A stretch of DNA of 64,000 nucleotides from an uncultured cyanobacterium (GCA_963749915.1 CAVVOP010000022.1:384001-448000); one strand, 5' to 3'. Numbered from the stretch's first letter, positions 19,340-30,414 are shown. The notes: generated from the letters alone by a model not told the origin. Program-made: numbers and translations.

Positions 19340-20816
19340 TAGTAATATCAAATCCGGTTAGTTGCATATAGTAATCGTAGATCTAACAAAGTCCGAAAGA
19401 GCTGAACTCGAGCAGCTAACCAAGAAAGGAAAAATAGCAGCTTACAAAATGAACCATGCCAGAATACTATTGTTAGCGGATGTCAATCAACCAGAAGGCG
19501 GTTGGACAGATCTAAAAATCAGTGAAGCCTTAAATGTTAGTCAAGCAACAATTGAGAGAGTGCGGCAAAGATTTGTCGAATCAGGGATTGAATCGGCTTT
19601 AACTAGAAGAGAGCAAGAGAATCGTCGAAGCAAAATTATCGATGGTGAAAAAGAAGCTTATCTAATTGCAATTGCTTGTAGTGAAACCTCAATGGGACAA
19701 GCAAAATGGACACTTCAAATGCTGGCAGATAAAATGGTCGAACTTCAATATGTGGAAAAAGTATCGAGAGAAACTATTGGAAAAACATTAAAAAAAACGA
19801 ATTGAAACCATGGCTGAATGAATCATGGGTGATTCCGCCAAAGTCTAATGCTGAATTTGTCTGTTCCATGGAAGATGTCTTGGATATTTATCACAGAGAG
19901 TATGATTCTCAAAATCTATGGGTTTGTTTTGATGAAAGTTGTAAACAGTTAGTCAAAGAGGTCAAGAAAAAAATCGAAGCAGAGCCAGGAAAAAAAGAAC
20001 GTTATGACTATACAATATGAACGTAATGGTGTTGCCAATCTGTTTATGTTTTTTGAGCCATTACAAGGTTGGCGACATGTAGAAGTGACACAACAAAGAA
20101 CAGCATCGATTATGCACGCTCTTATGAAATATTTAGTCGATGAACGTTATCCTGATGCCGAAAAAATTAGAGTAATTCAAGACAACTTAAATACTCATGC
20201 AAAAGCCTCATTGTATAAAGCCTTTGAACCGAAAGAGGCGAAAAGAATTTTAGATAAACTCGAATTTCATTACACTCCCAAACATGGCAGCTGGTTAAAT
20301 ATGGCAGAAATTGAGTTGAGCGTTTTGAATCGTCAATGTCTCGAGCGTCGTATCCCAGACATGGATAGTTTAAAGCAAGAAATTGCAGCGTGGGAAGAGA
20401 AACGAAATGAAAAGTCAAATTCAGTCACGCTCTTATGAAATATTTAGTCGATGAACGTTATCCTGATGCCGAAAAAATTAGAGTAATTCAAGACAACTTA
20501 AATACTCATGCAAAAGCCTCATTGTATAAAGCCTTTGAACCGAAAGAGGCGAAAAGAATTTTAGATAAACTCGAATTTCATTACACTCCCAAACATGGCA
20601 GCTGGTTAAATATGGCAGAAATTGAGTTGAGCGTTTTGAATCGTCAATGTCTCGAGCGTCGTATCCCAGACATGGATAGTTTAAAGCAAGAAATTGCAGC
20701 GTGGGAAGAGAAACGAAATGAAAAGTCAAATTCAGTTGACTGGAGATTTACTACTGCTGATGCTCGTATTAAACTCAAGAAACTCTATCCCTCAATTCAA
20801 AGTTGACGGACTACTA
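19340..20816 (+). mobile_element. Degenerate IS630-family element (transposase pseudogene)
   Basis: HTH ORF 19362-19805 with A8 slippage site, DDE pieces (CFDES, QDNLNTH, YTPKHGSWLNMAEIE), additional frameshifts, right end TTGACGGACTAC followed by TA; left boundary approximate. Confidence 0.9.
20115..20736. repeat. 311-bp direct tandem duplication inside the IS630 transposase
   Basis: 20115-20425 repeated at 20426-20736 (CACGCTCTTATGAAA...AAATTCAGT). Confidence 0.95.
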
Positions 20817-20945
20817 GCAGAAGATTGGAGAAAACGCCGATATAAAGCAGCTTTTGTAGCTAAACTGAATGATTGTGAGGCAGAAGCGGCAAGAAACTCA
20901 AGTTTGGTTAAAGTTTGCCGTCTCATGTCAGTATCTCACGGTCGA

Positions 20946-21146
20946 ACAAGGAAGATAGTACAAACGAAAAAGGGTCTTTTCAGCTATTTATGTATTATTT
21001 GTAACAAAATGTTTCTTAAACGATTCCCCTCTTCCTTGTCCACTTTCCACCCTTGTCCCCGCAAGTCTTCACCCTCATCAGAATGTTTTTTACAAAAACC
21101 GACACCTGTGAGCCACACTCCCCACACTTCTCATTTGATCAAGTTT
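20946..21146 (+). repeat. ~200-bp dispersed repeat (partner of 13569-13769), followed by a solitary MITE end at 21152-21169
   Basis: Direct sequence comparison; CTTAACCGAGTAGTATTG differs by one base from the TIR at 34014-34031. Confidence 0.9.
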
Positions 21147-21276
21147 TTCAGCTTAACCGAGTAGTATTGACTCACACCTCCCATACCTCCCACACTCCCT
21201 TGTCTCATGACCTCAAGAAATATCCCGTGAAAAGTTAGCTTAAGCTAATCAATAAGTCCAAAAAACATTTTATTTC

Positions 21277-22463
21277 GGCTCTTCTACAGTGAGTATGACA
21301 AATTAAGTGCAAAAACTTTGAGGTGGTCAAAGCGACTGATTACCATTTTATTACTGACAACGAAATTTTAATTACATTATCGAATCAAACATCAGAGTCA
21401 ACTTGCCCTTATTGTCATACTATTACTAATAAAATACACCAAGTTCATTATTATCGAATTAGAGATATACCTTTGAGTGGTTATGATGTGTTTTTAAATA
21501 TTAACCGTCGTCAATTTCGATGCTCTAATTGCCATCTCATTTTTAGTGAAGAGCTAAATTTTGTCAAAAAAAGAAGAACTTATACAATTAGATTAGCAGA
21601 AAAAGTAGTGAAAGAAGTGCTAGAAAGTGATATTCTCAACACGGCAAAAAGAAATGGAATGACTCCCAGAGAAATAGAAACCTTATTAAAAGAAAAATCA
21701 GAGGATTTATTAGAAGAAAAACCAAAGGATTTAAAAAGATTAGGAATTGATGAAATAACTCAGTTAAAAGGAGGAAAGAATTACGCCGCAGTGTTAGTGG
21801 ATTTAGACAAAAAAAACCGATAGCAATTTTAGAAAACAGGAGTAAAGAGACAATGGGAAAATATTTGATAAGTCTAGGTTGTGAGGTGTTAAATCAAATT
21901 GAAGAAGTCAGTATAGATTTGTGGATAGGATATAAAACTTTGGCATTGGAGTTAATGCCAAATGCAAACGTAGTAGCAGATAGATTTCATGTAATGAAAC
22001 AAATAAATGAAGAATTAGATCTGATGCGAAAAAAGCAAAAAAGGGCAGCTTCAGAAATCAAAAATGAAGTAGAAAGGGAGGAAAAAATAGAGGGATTGAA
22101 AAATAGTAAATACCCGTTATTAAAAAAGAAAGAAAAGCTCAATGAAGTAGAAAAAGAGGCACGGAGGGATATATTTGAAAGTGAAATAACAGCAGAAGAA
22201 GCATTAGATAAAATAGCGGAATGGATGAAATCAGCACAGAAATATTTTCCCAAAAGTTATCAAACAATAAGAAGATGGCTAGATGAAATATTAGGCTATT
22301 TTGACAACAGAACAAGTCAAGGTATAGTAGAAGGAATTAACCAAAAAATTAAGCTGATTAAGAGAAGAGCTTATGGCATGACAAATTTTGATAATTTTAG
22401 GCGAAGAATCTTATTAAATTGGTCTGTATCTTAAAAATGTATCATAGCTACTGTAGAAGAACC
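21277..22463 (+). mobile_element. ISL3-family element, transposase split by a frameshift (21323-21823, 21853-22434)
   Basis: TIRs GGCTCTTCTACAGT / rc GGTTCTTCTACAGT; zinc-finger CPYC..CSNC, LGIDE, VSIDLW, DRFHV, EGINQKIKLIKRRAYG; frameshift in an A-run near 21810. Confidence 0.92.
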
Positions 22464-22906
22464 AAGAATGTCAATATTTCATTTCTTATAGAAAAATCTT
22501 GAGAGAATTTACTGTCAATTTCGGTGTCAAAAATCTTTGAATCACACTTGATAAAATCCAAAGTTTTATTCTTTTGTTCATCATTTTTTGAATTAGAATG
22601 ATTGTTTTCGAAGTTATTATTTTTCTCTATTAGCTCAATATTTATTGCATTTTCTGCGATGGGTTCGATGTTTATATTATTTTTTGATTCCAACTCTGGA
22701 AAAAGTTCGGATATTTTTTCTAATTCATCTTCATTTTTACTTTTATTTAATGTTTGTCCATAAAATACCACTCCTAAAACTGTTATGATCCCGGCAATTT
22801 TAACATAATTATATTTTAATAAAAACCCAATTAATAAAATTAATAAACCACTACTAATACCTAAGATAGAGATTTTTTTGCTAGAATTTTTACGATCATT
22901 ATTCAT
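22448..22906 (-). pseudogene. Membrane protein (2 N-terminal TM helices) truncated by the ISL3 right end
   Basis: Final residues VLLQ* are read from the ISL3 inverted repeat. Confidence 0.6.
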
Positions 22907-23106
22907 GACTAAATTTTATTGCTAAAAATTTTGAGACTTGGATATTGACTTATTTGAAGATTACCCAAATTTTTAAAAACTCTTCGGTAAATATACGTAA
23001 ATTTAAAATTAGTAATTATACACCCTCTTTTCTAAAATTTCTATAAAAAGCACTATCGTTATTTTTAAATTCCTCATTAGTAGTAAAAAAATTTGAGTTT
23101 TATCAT

Positions 23107-23922
23107 TCAAAAATGATCTTGCCAATTGTCTTTTCTGGGATGAGCGATATTTTTTAATTCTTCCGTAAGTTTATTATTAATTGCTAATTTCTGCTCGAGA
23201 TAACTGTACCAATTATTCATACCTTCTCCACTACGGGAAGAAACCTTAAAAATTTGAGCTTGGGGTGCAATTTTTTTGATATTGTCCAAAGCTAAATCTT
23301 CATTAAAACCTACGGCATTAGCAATATCTATTTTGTTAATAATTACCACATCAGCCGTTTTAAAAATAGTGGGATATTTTAATGGTTTATCTTCTCCTTC
23401 CGTCACCGATAATATAACTATCCTTTCATTTTCTCCTAAATCATAAGCGGCAGGACAAACTAAATTGCCAACATTTTCAATTATCAATAACTGAAAATTT
23501 TTTAAATCAATTTGTTTAAGAGAATCATTAATCATTTCTGCTTCCAAATGACAAACATCTCCGGTGGTTATTTGCATAACTTCCGCTTTACTTCTTCTTA
23601 ATCTTTGGGCATCATTATCTGTGGCTAAATCCCCAACTATAACAGCACTTTCATAGGTACCATACAGATCGGTTAATGTTTTTTCAATAAAAGTAGTTTT
23701 TCCTGAACCCGGAGAAGATAATACATTAAATACATAAATGTTTTCTGCTTGAAATAATTCCCGGTTATGGTGGGCTAAATGATCATTTTTTGCTAATATA
23801 GCCTGATGAATATTAATAGTTTTAGAGTTGTGATTGTGGTCATGATTATGATGTTGATGAGACTTACTATTATTAATTTGAATATTTTGAGGAGTAACGC
23901 TACAACCGCAATTAGTACACAT
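23107..23922 (-). CDS. hypB: Hydrogenase nickel incorporation GTPase HypB
   Basis: MCTNCGC start (ATG 23922, shorter than ORF-track call), His-rich linker, SSPGSGKTT, CHL, ENVGNLVCP, EGEDKPLKYP. Confidence 0.95.
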   Translation of the reverse strand: MCTNCGCSVTPQNIQINNSKSHQHHNHDHNHNSKTINIHQAILAKNDHLAHHNRELFQAENIYVFNVLSSPGSGKTTFIEKTLTDLYGTYESAVIVGDLATDNDAQRLRRSKAEVMQITTGDVCHLEAEMINDSLKQIDLKNFQLLIIENVGNLVCPAAYDLGENERIVILSVTEGEDKPLKYPTIFKTADVVIINKIDIANAVGFNEDLALDNIKKIAPQAQIFKVSSRSGEGMNNWYSYLEQKLAINNKLTEELKNIAHPRKDNWQDHF

Positions 23923-24001
23923 AGTTTTTATCTTAATTAATTTATAATAAACTTTTAAGTTAATTATCGGAAGAAATCCAAGAGAACAATGTATAAATGT
24001 T

Positions 24002-24343
24002 TTAACAAACTTCAAGAGATATTAATTTAATTTCTTTACCTTGAACAATGTTATTAGTAAATTGATGACAATTAGGACATTGGAAAAACCATTCATCAGG
24101 CTGAAATTTTTGCTGACAATGATCACAATAACAAATAATGGGTAGGGATTTTATTTTGAGAGCAGAATTTTCTGCAATTGTACCTTTTATGATCACATCA
24201 AAAGCAAATTTTAACGCCTCAGGTACAACTCCGGACATTTTACCGATACAAATAGTCATCTCTTTAATTTCTGTGGCATTTTCTCGGATAGCATAATCAA
24301 TCGCAATATTCAAAGTTTGCTCCATTATTCCGATTTCGTGCAT
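24002..24343 (-). CDS. hypA: Hydrogenase maturation metallochaperone HypA
   Basis: MHE start, CDHC and CPNC zinc motifs, GKEI. Confidence 0.95.
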   Translation of the reverse strand: MHEIGIMEQTLNIAIDYAIRENATEIKEMTICIGKMSGVVPEALKFAFDVIIKGTIAENSALKIKSLPIICYCDHCQQKFQPDEWFFQCPNCHQFTNNIVQGKEIKLISLEVC

Positions 24344-24357
24344 TTTTTTATAAACAA

Positions 24358-24822
24358 CTATTCTATTTTATTGATAATTTGTTTAACAATTTTTAAAGTT
24401 ATGGGAATGCCTTTTTTTGCTAATTCCGATAATTTTTCTCCTAAATCAAGATTATTAACAGGAATGGTAATTAGCCAACTTTTAGGAGATTTATGGTAAA
24501 TTAATTGAGTTAAGTATAGCAAATATTCTGGGATACAATAATGTCCATCATATTCATTTTTGTTATTAATTTTAAATCGCGGTAATAAAATAGCTCTTAC
24601 TTCATCATCATTATTCATACAAGCATCAATAAAAATAATATTTGGAAATATTGCTATTTTTTCTACCAACTCAGGAGTTAATTGATGTTGAGAAATACAT
24701 TTTACTCGAGGTGAAGTCCATGTTTTTATTTTTTCCACTACAATTTGCCCAACTCCATCATCACTTCGTAAAGTATTTCCATAGCCAATAATTAAAAATT
24801 TATTTTGTTTATTACTACTCAT
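24358..24822 (-). CDS. Hydrogenase maturation protease (HoxW-like)
   Basis: IIGYGNTLRSDDGVG, HQLTPEL, IFIDA. Confidence 0.88.
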   Translation of the reverse strand: MSSNKQNKFLIIGYGNTLRSDDGVGQIVVEKIKTWTSPRVKCISQHQLTPELVEKIAIFPNIIFIDACMNNDDEVRAILLPRFKINNKNEYDGHYCIPEYLLYLTQLIYHKSPKSWLITIPVNNLDLGEKLSELAKKGIPITLKIVKQIINKIE

Positions 24823-24889
24823 AAGCTGTTAGGAACCTAAATTTATTCACAAGGACAGAGGAGGAAGAGACAATAAGGAAGAAATTTAT

Positions 24890-25394
24890 GGTCCTGCATC
24901 AAACAACTGTGGGATAGGGTGGTTTATCTCAAAAGGAAGCACTCTTTGATAACCTCCCCAGCCATCAGTGTTCCAGTTCTTCGTGTCTGTCTTTCCCTAT
25001 TTCATCAGCACTAACTTCTTCTGTCTCTACTTGTTGAACTTCAGCATTATGTACCATTTGGGCTTTTTGGCTGGCATCTCTGATGAGAGAAACCACTGTG
25101 CCGTAAGCTAGCTTTGCCACTGATTCGACTCACTCCTCTCAGGCTACTTCCTTCGGCGTGAGATTGGAGAATAGTGTGAACTTCAGTCGGACTTAGATGG
25201 CGGTTATAGTAAAGAGTGTCAAAATGTTCAGGGAAAGTTTTACCACATTGAGGACATTTATAATGCTAGTGTCCTTTCTCAGTTTTTCCATGTTTGTGAG
25301 CTTTATGGTGACCGCACAGAAGACATTTCATAGAAAAAATCAGAATGCTACTTTTCTATCATACTCTCATCCCACAGATTTTTGTTTCACGACC
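24890..25394 (-). mobile_element. Internally deleted IS1-family element
   Basis: TIRs GGTCGTGAAACAAAAATCTGTGGGA (from 25394, minus) / GGTCCTGCATCAAACAACTGTGGGA (24890); ATG 25331 MKCLLCGHHKAHKHGK..GH*HYKCPQCGKTF..EGSSLRGVSRI, plus a WNTDGWGGYQRVL fragment. Confidence 0.85.
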
Positions 25395-25528
25395 AAAAAA
25401 ATTAAAATGATGATTGAGGAAATACAAAACAATGATCTTTAAGTTGTTATGTCGGTCATGAAAAATTCAGCTATCATGAGTACCAATGAACCCACAATAT
25501 TCAGCCAAAATTAAAATTTTAAAAAAAA

Positions 25529-27229
25529 ATGTCTAGTAAATCTAACCATCCCCTGATCCTTATAGGTCTTGATGCCGCTCAACCTCCACTGTTGGAAGAG
25601 TGGATATCCAAAGGATATTTACCCAATATATCTCGCCTCAAATCTGAGGGCGTTTATGGACACTTAGAGAATTTTCGGGATTCTAATGTCGAAACGGCTT
25701 GGACTACCGTAGCCACAGGTTGTTCCCCTCAAACCACCGGATATTGGGCTGCGATGGGTTTAAAGGAAGGCACTTACGAAACTGAAACTCGTGCCGCTTA
25801 CGATTTTCAGGAATATTCTCCCTTTTTCGCTCATTTAAAAGATTATCGCATCGCCACTTTTGATGTGCCACAATTGAGAATTAGAGATGATATTAACGGG
25901 CTACAAATCGGTGGTTGGGGTGCTCACTCTCCCCAAGTACCTAGTTCCTCAGTACCAGAATCTTTATGGCAAGAAATTATTTCTAAACATGGCAATCATC
26001 CGGGTTTACATCGTGATTATGCTGTTTCTTTAGACTTAGAAGGCACATTAGAAATAGAAAAAAGACTACTGACGGGTATAGATAGACGCATCAAAATTTG
26101 TAAAGACCTATTGAGTAGAGAGTCTTGGGATTTATTTTACATGGTATTTGGAGAAACCCACGGTGGTGGTCATCTTTTCTGGCATTTAAGTCAATCAGAT
26201 CATCCCCTTTATAACGTTTTTCAACCATTGATTGATCATGATCCCTTACTCAAAACCTATCAGGCCATTGATAAAGGCATTGGAGAAATACTAGAAGTTG
26301 CTCCCCCTGACGCTAACATTATCTTGTTTTCAGCCCATGGCATGGGTACGGCTCAAATTGATTTACCCAGCTTTATTTTCTTACCTGAATTACTTTATCG
26401 TTATAGCTTCCCGGGTAAATATGCTCTAGGTTATAGTGATCCCTTTGAACCAATACCACCAATGATTACCTCAATGAAATGGAATTACTGGGAGAGAAAT
26501 ATTTGGGGTACTAAATATGATGCTAATCCTTTACGCCGTTTTTTACGAAATGAACTTCCCACTAAACTTTTTAATCTCTTTCAACCATGGATTGATCCCA
26601 TCAGAGATGATGATTTGATTTTTGATACTCAGTTAAGAAAACAAGGGGAAAGAGTAGTTCCCTGGAATCCAGCACAATGGTATAAACCTTTATGGTCAAA
26701 AATGAAAGCCTTTGCTATTCCTAGCTTTGCCGAGGGTTATGTTCGCATAAATCTCAAAGGAAGAGAACCTCAAGGAATTGTTGATCCTTCTGAATATGAT
26801 ACGGTTTGTGAGGAAATTTCTGAACTACTTTACTCTCTCAAAGATGCTCGCAATGGTCTTCCCATGGTAACTCGCATTGTGCGTACCCGTAAAGATAGTA
26901 GCGATCGCAATCCCAAATTACCCGATGCCGATCTGATTGTGGTGTGGAGAGAGGAACATATGACGGATGTAGTCGAAAGTCATACTCAAGGAAGAATAGG
27001 ACCTTTTCCCTTTTACCGTTCGGCCAGTCATCGAGAAAAAGGTTTTATCTTAGCCTGTGGAGAAAATATACCAAAAGGTTTAGAATTGTCGGATGCTCAT
27101 GTCTTAGATCTTCCCCCGACCATTTTAAGTCTGATGGGAGCAAATATTCCCGAACACTTGGAGGGAAAAACTTTATTAAAACTTCAATTAAATGATCTGG
27201 TCATAAATCGTCCACCTGATTATAATTAA
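25529..27229 (+). CDS. Alkaline phosphatase superfamily protein (phosphodiesterase/nucleotide pyrophosphatase-like)
   Basis: LIGLDAA, LPNISRL, AWTTVATG, FGETHGGGHLFW, FSAHG, RINLKGREPQG, LDLPPTIL. Confidence 0.8.
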   Translation: MSSKSNHPLILIGLDAAQPPLLEEWISKGYLPNISRLKSEGVYGHLENFRDSNVETAWTTVATGCSPQTTGYWAAMGLKEGTYETETRAAYDFQEYSPFFAHLKDYRIATFDVPQLRIRDDINGLQIGGWGAHSPQVPSSSVPESLWQEIISKHGNHPGLHRDYAVSLDLEGTLEIEKRLLTGIDRRIKICKDLLSRESWDLFYMVFGETHGGGHLFWHLSQSDHPLYNVFQPLIDHDPLLKTYQAIDKGIGEILEVAPPDANIILFSAHGMGTAQIDLPSFIFLPELLYRYSFPGKYALGYSDPFEPIPPMITSMKWNYWERNIWGTKYDANPLRRFLRNELPTKLFNLFQPWIDPIRDDDLIFDTQLRKQGERVVPWNPAQWYKPLWSKMKAFAIPSFAEGYVRINLKGREPQGIVDPSEYDTVCEEISELLYSLKDARNGLPMVTRIVRTRKDSSDRNPKLPDADLIVVWREEHMTDVVESHTQGRIGPFPFYRSASHREKGFILACGENIPKGLELSDAHVLDLPPTILSLMGANIPEHLEGKTLLKLQLNDLVINRPPDYN

Positions 27230-27275
27230 TTGAACATCGAGAATATTGTCCTTATATTTTGAACAAATAAAGATC

Positions 27276-28146
27276 ATGAATATCCGCAAATTATTATTTT
27301 CGTCGGCCTCGCTTGTTACCACTATAGTATCCAGTAGTTTGATTGCCTCCCCAGCTGAGGCTTTAGTGATTGGAGGTAGTAATATTAGAGGGGGGACTTC
27401 ACTGGGGTCAACGAAAATAACAGATGCACCAAACAATAAGTGTAATGTAGTATCAGGGTTTGATCATATGTCCGTTAGGAGATATTACAGTCTTAAATCA
27501 AGCCCCATCACAAGTCTCCAACGATTCTGTAATTGTTGATGGTTCTTTGATTTCCACAGTAAAAATACTTGCTTTTGATGAGAAGCAAAACATTAGACTA
27601 GATCAAAACATTCAAATATGGGACGACTTTAATTTTGGTACGCCCTATGATCCAACAGTTGACCTTAGTTTTTATGCAAATAATCCTACTATTAACGTGT
27701 CTTCGGGTACTTTACTAAGTAGTCATTTAATCTTTTTAGATCCGATAGCTGAAGATGGAACAGCTCACCGGGCAAGATGGTCAGGACAAATAAATTTTGA
27801 TCAAGAAATCTTAGGAATTATTCCTATCAGTGGTGGTGCGTCATCTAATAATTTAATCGGATCAACTAATTTATTTGGTTTAGATACGACAATTTATAAT
27901 TTTAGAGGACGAACACTGGATTATGGTTTGCAAGATGTTGCCACTTTCAATGGTAATACTCTGTCTTTTGATCTTAATGCGTTTATTGGAATGGATCCTA
28001 TTCGTGTTATTACTAGAGGATCGGTTGAACCAGTACCTGAACCATTGACAATTATGGGTAGTGGTTTAGCCTTCGGTTTAGGATTGATGTTTAAACGTAA
28101 ATCATTGACAACTGAAAAGTCTCAAAAAGTTACAACAACTTCATGA
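27276..28146 (+). pseudogene. PEP-CTERM sorting-domain protein with a frameshift near 27465
   Basis: Signal peptide MNIRKLL...SPAEA in one frame; remainder ending VPEPLTIMGSGLAFGLGLMFKRK in another. Confidence 0.8.
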
Positions 28147-28420
28147 AAGTGATTATAAGGCTCTTTGGGACTTTAGGCTTAAGCCTACAGTTTCTAAACT
28201 CTGGGCTTCTTTTGGGATAAGCTTAAGTACCCGAAGCGGATCCCTGTGGATCGCAAACTAACAGAAATCAGGATTTTGAGTTTTTGTTAGAAAATAATGG
28301 GGCGATCGCTTCTATCAAAGAGTTCTACGATTCAGCAAGGACAAGTGTTTTCCTAGAGTCCTAGAAGAGCGATAATTAATCCGTTAATTTCTTTTGATTA
28401 AATAAAACTTTTTTATAGAT

Positions 28421-29233
28421 ATGAACAAAAAAGTTATTAAAAATCTTGTTTATCCCGTTATTAAATCACCTCCCGATTTTTTAATTATCGGAACTCAAAA
28501 AGGTGGAACAACTTCAATTGCTAGGTATTTAGAACAACATCCACAAATTATACCAAATAATAGTTGGAAAGAAGTTAGATACTACGATCTACCCGAAAAT
28601 TATGAGCAGGGTTGGGGATGGTATTTAGGTAATTTTCCTTTTAAATGGCAAAAAAAAGATCTTCTAACTTTTGATGCTTCTCCTAGTTACTTACATTTTC
28701 CCCATATACCAGCATTAATAAAAAAAGATTTGCCAAAAATAAAGATGATTGTTTTGTTAAGAAATCCAGTTACTAGGGCTTATTCTGGGTGGCGGATGTA
28801 TCATAGTTTCAGTAATAACCCCCATAAACATATGAAAAATATTACTGATTATCGAACTTTTGCAGAAGCGATACAAGAGGAATTAAACCCTGAATTCAAT
28901 ACGGCTAAATACCCTTATGATTATATTAATAGGGGTAAATATATTGAACAATTAGAAAATTATTATCAATATTTTAATCGAGATAATATTTTAATCTTAA
29001 ATTTTGATTTATTTAAAAATGACTTAGATTCTTTACTCAATAAAACTTGTGAATTCTTAGAAATTCAAAATTTTTCAGAGACAAAAATCAAGCAATTTAA
29101 AGAAGAAAAACATAATGTGGGTAAATATCAAAAAAGTTCTGAAGATGAAGAAACCTTAGAATTTTTAAAACACTATTTTAAACCTTTTAATGAAAGATTG
29201 TATCAGCTTTTAGATTATAATTATGACTGGTAA
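28421..29233 (+). CDS. Sulfotransferase, heparan-sulfate-ST-like (Sulfotransfer_1)
   Basis: PDFLIIGTQKGGTTS, KEVRYYD, DASPSY, LRNPVTRAYS, FKPFNERL. Confidence 0.9.
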   Translation: MNKKVIKNLVYPVIKSPPDFLIIGTQKGGTTSIARYLEQHPQIIPNNSWKEVRYYDLPENYEQGWGWYLGNFPFKWQKKDLLTFDASPSYLHFPHIPALIKKDLPKIKMIVLLRNPVTRAYSGWRMYHSFSNNPHKHMKNITDYRTFAEAIQEELNPEFNTAKYPYDYINRGKYIEQLENYYQYFNRDNILILNFDLFKNDLDSLLNKTCEFLEIQNFSETKIKQFKEEKHNVGKYQKSSEDEETLEFLKHYFKPFNERLYQLLDYNYDW

Positions 29234-29277
29234 ATGCAATTATAAAAACTTATTTAAAACCTTTGTAAATATCAGAT

Positions 29278-30414
29278 ATGTCAATTCGTGTTGGTTTTTT
29301 ATCTGCTCACAATTATTTCGATCGTAATTCTTGGTCGGGAACAATCTATAATATGTATCAGAATTTAAAAAGTCAAAATGTAAAACTTATTGATTTAGGC
29401 AATCCCATTAAGGCTTCTGTTTGGAGAACAATAATGAGTAAAATGGCGAAATTAGAATATAAACCTCCAGTAGCATCAGAGGATTATATTAAAAAATATC
29501 AAAACTTTGCCTATAACGTAAATGAACAACTAAAGAAAAATCCTTGTGATGTTATTTTTGCCTGTGTCGCTTCACAAGAAATATATTTTTTGGAAACAAA
29601 TATTCCCGTACTATATTCTTCAGATACTACTTTTAGATTGTATGATGGCTATTATAGGTCAGATTTTAGCAAAAAAGAATGGGAATGGCGAGAAACCGTA
29701 GAATCTATCGCCATCAACAAAGCCCATACATTAGTTTATCCTTCACAATGGGCGGCACAATCAGCGATTAATGATTATCAAGCAGATGTTAATAAAATAA
29801 AAATCATTCCCTATGGTGCAAATTTAGATAATCCTCCTAAGAGAGAAGAAGTTTTACAAAGAAGAAAATCTCTTTCTCCTTGTCGTTTACTATTCATTGG
29901 TAGAAATTGGCAAAGAAAAGGGGGTGATATTGCGGTAGAAACTCTAAAGATTTTGAATAATAGAAATATTGACACAGAGTTAGTCATGATAGGTAGTGTT
30001 CCCCCATCTCCCATTGATGATCCAAAATTGAAGATAATTCCCTTTTTAGATAAAAATTCCTCTCAACAAAGACGGAAATTTGAACAATTATTTTGGGAAT
30101 CCAATTTTTTACTGTTTCCCACTCGTGCGGATTGTTCACCTATTTCTATTTGCGAAGCCAACGCATTTGGTCTTCCCGTTATTAGTAGCAATGTGGGCGG
30201 TATTCCAGATATAATTACTGAAGGTAAAAATGGTTATTTGATGGATGTTTCTGCTACAGCAGAAGATTACGCTAATTCGATTCAACAATTGATCGATAAT
30301 CCTGATGATTATGAGGAATTAATGATCAATGCGAGAAATGAATATGAAACTCTTTTAAACTGGGATGTATGGGCAAAGGAAATATATTCAATTATGGAGG
30401 ATACTCTCAAGTGA
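29278..30414 (+). CDS. Glycosyltransferase family 4
   Basis: LLFIGRNWQRKGG, FPTRADCSPISICEANAFGLPVISSNVGGIP. Confidence 0.9.
   Translation: MSIRVGFLSAHNYFDRNSWSGTIYNMYQNLKSQNVKLIDLGNPIKASVWRTIMSKMAKLEYKPPVASEDYIKKYQNFAYNVNEQLKKNPCDVIFACVASQEIYFLETNIPVLYSSDTTFRLYDGYYRSDFSKKEWEWRETVESIAINKAHTLVYPSQWAAQSAINDYQADVNKIKIIPYGANLDNPPKREEVLQRRKSLSPCRLLFIGRNWQRKGGDIAVETLKILNNRNIDTELVMIGSVPPSPIDDPKLKIIPFLDKNSSQQRRKFEQLFWESNFLLFPTRADCSPISICEANAFGLPVISSNVGGIPDIITEGKNGYLMDVSATAEDYANSIQQLIDNPDDYEELMINARNEYETLLNWDVWAKEIYSIMEDTLK

Noticed and set aside
13497..21238. ORFs 13497-13706, 20694-21164 and 21053-21238 as a small protein family
   Set aside because: Similarity comes from the non-coding 200-bp repeat; starts and ends differ between copies
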